Virus record (IMG/VR): IMGVR_UViG_3300027782_004732 | Coordinates: 6,602 to 70,601 of that record | DNA: 64,000 nucleotides | Source of the DNA: a virus | Reading direction: 5' to 3' (one strand) | Part shown: positions 56,915 through 64,000 of the stretch, piece after piece | Position numbering within the stretch: the first letter of the stretch is position 1 | Layout of the letters: every line of letters starts with the position of its first letter | The notes under the pieces: model-generated | What the model was told of the DNA's origin: nothing | The model's database searches: none | Seen by the model: the letters and a program-made list of their open reading frames with translations, nothing else | Program-made: the position numbers and the translations under genes

Positions 56915-59900
56915 TGTTCAAGGGGATAACAGTGGTAATATTTTAGTTGAGTTTGATTACAATAATATTATTGTAGTTGACCCTAACAAAACTATTGATG
57001 CGCTTGGAAATATTCGTGAAAGATTAGTTGACCATGAAAATTTGGTAATGTATGCTAATCTTGAAGCTGAGGTTGTTCCAAGAACTAAACTATCTGTTGG
57101 CGGTAGTCCTGAAGATAGACTTAGAACAATTTCGGTGGCTAAAATGAACTTTTTAAGACCAACTGAAGAAACATTTCTAACAACTGGATATTACGACGAA
57201 TTAACGGGTAAGAATGCAAAAAATGGTTTAGGTGTAAACCAAATGCAAGAAGAAATTATTGACCCAAAAGATGGTAATAAACCATATTCAAAAATGACAA
57301 TAACCGACCCTGGAGGTAAGGCAACTGACAATGGGTTATTGGGCATTACTAGTATTAACATAAAGACAAATACATCGTTTGTCCCACAAGTATCAATGAC
57401 ACTTGAAGACATTCAGGGCCGAGCTTTATTTCAATTAGGAGATAATTCACCATATTCCGCTTTTTTTAATTTACCATATTGTCCATTTTATTTAACATTA
57501 AAAGGTTATTATGGACAGGCTATTAGATACCAATTAAATTTAAAAACATTTAATGCAAGATTTAATAGCTATAGTGGTAACTATTCAATTCAATTAGAGT
57601 TTGTTGGTTATAAATTTAACATTTTAAATGAAGTATCCATGGGCAATTTGCTTGCCGCTCCACACATGTATAGCACAACATTTAACGTATCAAAATCTCC
57701 AACATCACCTGAAGGAGGAACGAATAAGTCTATTGAATCTCAATCAAAAAGTAATGTTATTTCAAAAGAATCAACAATATCTACAAATAATATTACAAGT
57801 GAATTAATTACTGAAAGAGGATATCAAAAAATAGTTGAAATTTATAGTGAGTATAAGGCCAAAGGTTTGATTGCACCGAATTTTCCTGAATTAACATTAG
57901 CTCAATTAATGAATAAGTTATTAACTTTTGAGCAAACAATACAAAATTCCTACCCAAAGGCAAACGTTGAACCTTTAACTAATATTAGAAATTACAAAGA
58001 GACTTTAAAAAATTATTATAATAAAGTTTACGGGAATAGAGACTCTTGGTTTAACACGTACTTAAACCCAAAACCAATAATTTTAAACGGAAAGGGACAA
58101 GAGGTTTATAATTTTAAACAAGAATTTATTGATAACCCAACAAAGAGAGCCGAAGCGGTTAGTTTTTTAAGTGCATATACTATTGATTTTAACGCTCTGT
58201 TGGCAAAAAACCCAACCTTAGGCAGTACGGGTAAAACACCAATTAAAAATAGTATAACGTTTAATACTATGATTAAACAGGTTGCTGTAACCGACATAAA
58301 TTTAGAAAAAACCACAACATCTCAAACAGGTAAGTTATTACCAACAACTGCGGATACTAAATCAATGCAGTTGATTTTAGAAAAAGTGTTAAAACCATCT
58401 TTTGAAAAAAATACTTTAGATAAAAAATTTGAGAATCTATTTGGATTCCTTATTAATCCTCCACTTTACACTTTTGATGAGTTTAGAAACCTATTGTCTA
58501 AAATGGAAACCGAAGCCAATAAAAAACTATCTGAGTTTGAAACCGCATTATCGTTAGATTTGGCAAGAAAACTTGAAGACAGTGCAACAGGGCTCGGATT
58601 TAACCCAACGGTTAGAAATATATGTGCGGTAATCATGGCATCCGCTGAAGGGTTTATTCGTTTACTTGATGAGGTTCATACTAAGGCTTGGAATGTAAAA
58701 TATGACCCAGTTAGAAAAAACGCGATTTTAAATAATCCGTCTTCAGCTCAAGGTACCGATACTGAGGGTGATGTTAAAATAAGTCCAGCGGCTGAAAGTG
58801 CTAATCAAGGATTAATTAACGGACAAATACCTGTATACCCATGGCCACAATTTTTTGTGGAAACACCTGAGGACAAGAAGGGAAGATTCCAATTAAAATA
58901 TCTTGCAGACCCTTCTGTTGTTGATACCACACAAGGTTGGAATTATGCAAAATGGCCTGAAGTTGAATTTGTTGAGGAGTATATGAGAGGATTAACCCAA
59001 AAGTTTAATCCGCCCGTAGCTCAACCACCAATAGATAGTCAGGGAACAACTAACATTATTAACGTAAATGCAATTGAATACCCGTCAGAAGGTATTGCAT
59101 ATGCCAATAAAGAAGAAATTAAATTTTTCTACGAAATATGGGAAAGACAATTTTTAACTTCAAACTATTCTGGATTTATTAGAGCAAATAATAACCAAAT
59201 AGACCAACTAACAAAATTAATTGTAAGTGCCGAAACAAATAATATTGTAACTAGTTTAGGTGCAAGCTCACCATTTTTAAGTTTAAAACTTAAAAATTAT
59301 GATATTACCGCACAAAACTATCCATCTTTTTTAGATAACATCTCAAATCAAGGAACTGGTAGGGCGTATCAAGATTATATTAGAGATTTTTTTGTTACAC
59401 CATATATTAGAAATTTAACACAAAATTCTTTTAATATTTTAAGTTTAACTGATTTAGGTAAAGAACCTCAAACAAATACAAAGTCTGATGGGTTATTACA
59501 GTTAGTTAAAAATGTAACTAATGAACCAATAATTATTGACACATATCCGTTTACAGACCCTACATGGGTTGCAACAAATATGGCAAATAGTGTTACTAAT
59601 ACTAAGAGTTCTGTATATAACACAAATAAAGTACTAACGGTTTTTGAAGATAGAGATGTCATATCAAACTTTAATAGTGTTTATGATTACACTAAAAATA
59701 GACCTGTAACTAATTTTTCTTATTTAAAAGTTTCTAACCCAACAAACCAAATAACATCAATAGGTTTAGATGGATTTTATCTTATAAGAAAAGACCCTAC
59801 TTTTTTTGTACCAACAGAAGGATATGTTAATTATATTTCACCAAGTAAAAATATTCCAATTGAGACAACAACATCAATGTTGAATACACCGTATTTTATT

Positions 59901-62900
59901 AATGCGGTTCAAAATGGTGTTTATAATTGGAGAAGAAAAGACCCATATCCTTATACACAAGCGGCATATCTATTTATCAATTCTTTACCATTAGCTTCTT
60001 TAAAAGAAAAATATAAAACTGATGGGGCGTCAAGTGATTTAGATTACATTGCGTCTTGTTTTAAAAAGTTTGGTGCAATTCATAAAATGCCATATGCTTG
60101 GGTATTAAAAATGGGCGCAATTTGGTATAGATATAAAACTTTTATTAATACCAAAACAGATATGTTAGAGTCTGCTTGGAAAAACTTTGATTACAAAACA
60201 AATTTTGACCCAGTAACAAGTTCGGATACAAAAACATATACTTTTAAATTTGACGGTGAGAATAAAATTAGATTACAAAATGTTGACAATAATATCACCA
60301 AAATTCAAACAGGGTTTTATCCAAAAGTAATAAACGACTTTAACGTTTTTTATAATGGATATGATTTGTATAGTGGTTATACAGATACAGAAATACAAGC
60401 AAGTGTTGATAACGGATTAAAAGTATATAATTTTACTGATTCAAACATTAATGCTCAAACAATTGCGTTTCCTTTAATTACACCAATAAGATATTCAAGT
60501 ATACAAACATGGTCTGTAATATTACCTAACAACACTTTTGACCCAACAGATGTTGGAAATGTGTGTAACCCAAGTAACAATACAACTACTTTAAAATATT
60601 ATGTGGTACCATCATTTGGTTCTCAGATAAATCAAGTTAAAAATGAGTGTTTAGTTGCCAATGCCCCTGTCTGTCCATTTATTGATAACCCATCAATTTA
60701 TAATGGCTCCGTTAGATTATTATGGTCATCACCAAATTACGGGTATTTTAATAATAGTCAAATTTCAAGACCACAACCAGATTCTTATGTAAATAAAATT
60801 GAAACTGGTATAAAACAACAATCACCTTTTAAATTATTAAATGGTTTTGATTATTCAAAAATTGAAGAGATATTTTCTGTTTTTGATAAAACTATTTTAG
60901 ATAAATTTGAAAACGAATTTTTAAACTTTTGTAAACCAGTATCAAACATTGATTTAGGCCCACAAGTTGCGGTACCAATAGGAGTATCACCTGCCGACCC
61001 AAATGCGTTATTTAAAAATTTCCAATACTTGTTTAGAAGTATGATGGAGATTGAAGGTAAACCAAGTTCCATTAGTAATGGTGAGTATTTTAAAACAATT
61101 GGTAATTCACAATTAACACTTTTTTCAAACACCATTAAAGCGTTTTTAGAATACGATGTTATTTTAAAATATGGTAATCCTGCGGAATATAACCGAAGAG
61201 TAATGGCATCATACCTTGCACAAGGTAATGGGAATAATCCTATTGTTGACCCAATAACTTTTAACCCGTACATTAAAAATAGCTTACCTTCATCATTAAA
61301 CACAACTACTTTAGATTTATCTAAATCAAGTTATACTAATGCTTGGAGGGCTTTGGAAACTCAAGTAGGATTTTCAACAATACCAAATTTAATATACGAT
61401 AATAATGGTTCATATATTACTGATTTTTTTATAGACAATAATATTGAATTTACTGAAAACAATGTTGTGTTGTTGGCACCAATTATTAAAATGTATGCAA
61501 CCCAAAAACTTTATAGTCCAACATTATCAAGCGCAGAATTTAAAAATAGACTTCAAACTTATTTAAATTTTACTTCAGAATTTCAAAATAACATATTAAA
61601 TCAGGTGTTAACAGAAGTAAGGGCAGAGCTACCTAATCAACAAGAATTACCTGAAAGAGCTATTCAAAGTGTTATTGATGGACAACAAAGTAAAGTTGAA
61701 AACTATGAGGTGTTTAAAGCGTTAAATGACAAATGGATTGCTGGGTCTGACTACACATCTAAAACTTTGTTTGAAGATTTTATGTTTTTAGATAGAGCAT
61801 CAAGAAATATTGGTGATACGATTATTGTAGATATATTTGATTTAAAAAATATATTAAGTGAAAATTCACTTAATATGGAAATGAGTGTCTTCACTTTTGT
61901 TAGTGGTATTTTAATTAAAAATAAATTTAATGTAATGCCATTACCAGCTTATGTTAATTTTTATAATATACAAGATGTAGATGGTACTACAATACCACAA
62001 CCTGAAGGTAAATTAGAATTTGCGGATAACATGTGGGGAACATTTTTAGATGTTGATTACAGAAAATCAGGACCAAAAATGATTTGTTTTTATGCTGGAC
62101 AACCGTCAACGCATTTAGATTTACCAAAAGGAAATTCCAGATTTAGAGATGATGCGTTTGACTTAAGAAGGGCTTCAGATAATCCTTTAATTGAAAATCC
62201 CGCAGGTAAAAAAGACTATGCAATTTCAAATAAATGTGTTGGATTTAATGTGGATGTTGGAATAAGAAATCAAAACATTTTTTATTCGGTTGAAATTGGT
62301 ATGGAATCTGGTAAAGCAACTTCAGAGTCAATACAAACACAATTGAATATGGTTGACCAAGCCAATGGTAAAAATACTGCAACACAAAATGTTAGTTTGT
62401 ATAACTTATACAAACAAAGGAGTTATAAATGTAGTGTTAAATCTTTAGGTAATGCTTTATTACAACCAACAATGTATTTTAATCTTAGACACGTACCTAT
62501 GTTTAATGGTCCATATTTTATAACACAAGTTGACCACGCAATAACTCCAGGTAATTTTCAAACCAGTTTTACTGGTACTAGACAAGGTATATATGATTTA
62601 CCATCTATTGATAACTTTTTACAAAGTATCAATCAGAATTTATTAACCAAAATTGAGGCCATTGTTAAAAATTCTAAAGATGATGTTACAGCCAAAGCAA
62701 TTACAGATGTTGATAAGGCTAAATATGTTAGCCAAACAGGTGATAGCGCTGCTGCGGCACAAAATTCATGTAGTAATAATTTAGCGGTTGCTTATAATAC
62801 TTGGGGTGATGTTCAAACATCTACAACTATGAGTATTACACCAGAAGAATTTGTGAAAGAACTTGAAAAGAAAACAAACAATCCTGACTTACAAGTTCTT

Positions 62901-64000
62901 ATTTATATGATATGTTACGCCAAGACATTCAAACAAACTAAATTTTATGGTTATGGTAACAATTATGCTAACGTAACACTAACAACTAACTATGGACAAT
63001 CGGGTGATGGATTCTTCAGTCCTAAAAAATATTCATGTGTTAGTATTCCAAATTTAACAGGTAAACCAACGGCACAACCAGTTGCAATTTTTGATACAAT
63101 TGGAAAGTTTTTTGACTTTATGATATCTAGATTAAGTGGTGCAAATGTTGACAGAGTATTTAATGAAACTACAGGTTTAGGTATTACTAAATATTATGTT
63201 TGTTATTGGCCCGTTTCTGGTACTACTGAATCTTATTATGACGCACATCTTTCAGAATTTAAAACTTTAGATGCAAGACTTAACGATGCATTTAAATCTG
63301 CCGATGAGGTTGGGTTAAATGTTGTGTCAACTACAGGATTAAGAATTGCAAATCTTAAACAAAAGCAAAAAATTGCGGATACATATGCTGGAGTAACACC
63401 ACAACCAAACAATTTAAATACAACAACAAACGTTGTACCATCATGTCCGCCACCAACCATAACTTCATTCTCGCCATTAACAGGTGTGAGTGGTACTATT
63501 TTAACTATTGTTGGTAAGAACTTAGACGAAGTAACAGGTGTAACAATAAATAATGTGACTACAACTACAGGAATTACTATTTTAAATGCGTTTAACATTA
63601 GTGTTGTTGTTCCTTATAGTAATACAATTGTTGCGCAAACTAACCCAATAGTTCTTAGAGGAAATTACGGTAATGGAACAACTTTAAGCGGGTTTACTTA
63701 TAACCCAGCTCAAGTAACACCAACAACAAGTAATCCAAATAATTCAAATACACAACCACAACAAACAGGACCAGTTACTTTAGACGGAAATACACAAACA
63801 ACTCCAAATGGAACAACTTTAAATCTAATTGTTACAGTTAACCCTAATGCTGCAGCACTTAATACTTGGACACTACAAAATGAAGTGAGTATGATTGTTT
63901 CGGTTTATGATAACACAATTGTAAATAACGTTAGAACACAGACTTTAAACAGAACTGTTACCACGCCAATTTTAGGTTACGTATCAAACAACACATTTAA
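56904..64000 (+). CDS. Giant baseplate hub-like protein with IPT/TIG domain, truncated (>=2365 aa)
   Basis: Not in track. ATG 56904 (MAGNVQGDNSG..) open to window end; LGITSINI..V.MTLED, SYKCSVKSLGNALLQPTMYF...GPYFITQVDH...FQTSFTG.R, PTITSFSPLTG..G..LTIVGKNL. Confidence 0.75.
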   Translation, partial: MAGNVQGDNSGNILVEFDYNNIIVVDPNKTIDALGNIRERLVDHENLVMYANLEAEVVPRTKLSVGGSPEDRLRTISVAKMNFLRPTEETFLTTGYYDELTGKNAKNGLGVNQMQEEIIDPKDGNKPYSKMTITDPGGKATDNGLLGITSINIKTNTSFVPQVSMTLEDIQGRALFQLGDNSPYSAFFNLPYCPFYLTLKGYYGQAIRYQLNLKTFNARFNSYSGNYSIQLEFVGYKFNILNEVSMGNLLAAPHMYSTTFNVSKSPTSPEGGTNKSIESQSKSNVISKESTISTNNITSELITERGYQKIVEIYSEYKAKGLIAPNFPELTLAQLMNKLLTFEQTIQNSYPKANVEPLTNIRNYKETLKNYYNKVYGNRDSWFNTYLNPKPIILNGKGQEVYNFKQEFIDNPTKRAEAVSFLSAYTIDFNALLAKNPTLGSTGKTPIKNSITFNTMIKQVAVTDINLEKTTTSQTGKLLPTTADTKSMQLILEKVLKPSFEKNTLDKKFENLFGFLINPPLYTFDEFRNLLSKMETEANKKLSEFETALSLDLARKLEDSATGLGFNPTVRNICAVIMASAEGFIRLLDEVHTKAWNVKYDPVRKNAILNNPSSAQGTDTEGDVKISPAAESANQGLINGQIPVYPWPQFFVETPEDKKGRFQLKYLADPSVVDTTQGWNYAKWPEVEFVEEYMRGLTQKFNPPVAQPPIDSQGTTNIINVNAIEYPSEGIAYANKEEIKFFYEIWERQFLTSNYSGFIRANNNQIDQLTKLIVSAETNNIVTSLGASSPFLSLKLKNYDITAQNYPSFLDNISNQGTGRAYQDYIRDFFVTPYIRNLTQNSFNILSLTDLGKEPQTNTKSDGLLQLVKNVTNEPIIIDTYPFTDPTWVATNMANSVTNTKSSVYNTNKVLTVFEDRDVISNFNSVYDYTKNRPVTNFSYLKVSNPTNQITSIGLDGFYLIRKDPTFFVPTEGYVNYISPSKNIPIETTTSMLNTPYFINAVQNGVYNWRRKDPYPYTQAAYLFINSLPLASLKEKYKTDGASSDLDYIASCFKKFGAIHKMPYAWVLKMGAIWYRYKTFINTKTDMLESAWKNFDYKTNFDPVTSSDTKTYTFKFDGENKIRLQNVDNNITKIQTGFYPKVINDFNVFYNGYDLYSGYTDTEIQASVDNGLKVYNFTDSNINAQTIAFPLITPIRYSSIQTWSVILPNNTFDPTDVGNVCNPSNNTTTLKYYVVPSFGSQINQVKNECLVANAPVCPFIDNPSIYNGSVRLLWSSPNYGYFNNSQISRPQPDSYVNKIETGIKQQSPFKLLNGFDYSKIEEIFSVFDKTILDKFENEFLNFCKPVSNIDLGPQVAVPIGVSPADPNALFKNFQYLFRSMMEIEGKPSSISNGEYFKTIGNSQLTLFSNTIKAFLEYDVILKYGNPAEYNRRVMASYLAQGNGNNPIVDPITFNPYIKNSLPSSLNTTTLDLSKSSYTNAWRALETQVGFSTIPNLIYDNNGSYITDFFIDNNIEFTENNVVLLAPIIKMYATQKLYSPTLSSAEFKNRLQTYLNFTSEFQNNILNQVLTEVRAELPNQQELPERAIQSVIDGQQSKVENYEVFKALNDKWIAGSDYTSKTLFEDFMFLDRASRNIGDTIIVDIFDLKNILSENSLNMEMSVFTFVSGILIKNKFNVMPLPAYVNFYNIQDVDGTTIPQPEGKLEFADNMWGTFLDVDYRKSGPKMICFYAGQPSTHLDLPKGNSRFRDDAFDLRRASDNPLIENPAGKKDYAISNKCVGFNVDVGIRNQNIFYSVEIGMESGKATSESIQTQLNMVDQANGKNTATQNVSLYNLYKQRSYKCSVKSLGNALLQPTMYFNLRHVPMFNGPYFITQVDHAITPGNFQTSFTGTRQGIYDLPSIDNFLQSINQNLLTKIEAIVKNSKDDVTAKAITDVDKAKYVSQTGDSAAAAQNSCSNNLAVAYNTWGDVQTSTTMSITPEEFVKELEKKTNNPDLQVLIYMICYAKTFKQTKFYGYGNNYANVTLTTNYGQSGDGFFSPKKYSCVSIPNLTGKPTAQPVAIFDTIGKFFDFMISRLSGANVDRVFNETTGLGITKYYVCYWPVSGTTESYYDAHLSEFKTLDARLNDAFKSADEVGLNVVSTTGLRIANLKQKQKIADTYAGVTPQPNNLNTTTNVVPSCPPPTITSFSPLTGVSGTILTIVGKNLDEVTGVTINNVTTTTGITILNAFNISVVVPYSNTIVAQTNPIVLRGNYGNGTTLSGFTYNPAQVTPTTSNPNNSNTQPQQTGPVTLDGNTQTTPNGTTLNLIVTVNPNAAALNTWTLQNEVSMIVSVYDNTIVNNVRTQTLNRTVTTPILGYVSNNTF

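Noticed and set aside
57191-63598. Short minus-strand ORFs in the track
   Set aside because: Antisense to the continuous plus-strand ORF from 56904
1-64000. Stop-codon reassignment as seen in some large phages
   Set aside because: Genes are full length and densely packed in the standard code; TAA, TGA (e.g. 49500) and TAG (39920) all end genes
43977-64000. Bacterial eCIS/tailocin locus
   Set aside because: Accompanied by neck proteins, phage PolB, late sigma and PhoH, with no bacterial housekeeping context
1-64000. tRNA/rRNA genes
   Set aside because: Intergenic gaps are short and AT-rich; no cloverleaf or T-loop pattern seen in them

Overview
AT-rich, gene-dense segment of a large contractile-tailed (myovirus-like, probably jumbo) bacteriophage read in the standard genetic code. 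1-23041 (minus strand): a gp55-like late sigma factor, a ~17 kb glycan-synthesis cluster (GT2/GT4/GT10/GT11/NodZ-like transferases, three FkbM methyltransferases, GDP-mannose 3,5-epimerase-like and second SDR epimerase, a degenerate nucleotide-sugar dehydrogenase), PhoH, dUTPase, a 3'-5' exonuclease and a WYL protein. 23094-34066 (plus strand): Thr/Pro-repeat (mucin-like), Cys-rich putative virion proteins directly followed by a GT60 polypeptide-GlcNAc-transferase-like gene, GT25 and two HtrL-like genes. 34154-41671: family B DNA polymerase, neck protein, SOD fusion, SNF2-like helicase. 41728-64000: neck/tail terminator, sheath, tube, gp26/gp51-like chaperone pair with a candidate +1 frameshift, tape measure and giant baseplate proteins (last one truncated). 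A sense-strand TATTTAT motif precedes most transcription units and Shine-Dalgarno sites are not apparent. The best candidate for a new system is phage-encoded mucin-type O-glycosylation of its own virion proteins. All product calls come from motif recognition by eye; no database search was run.
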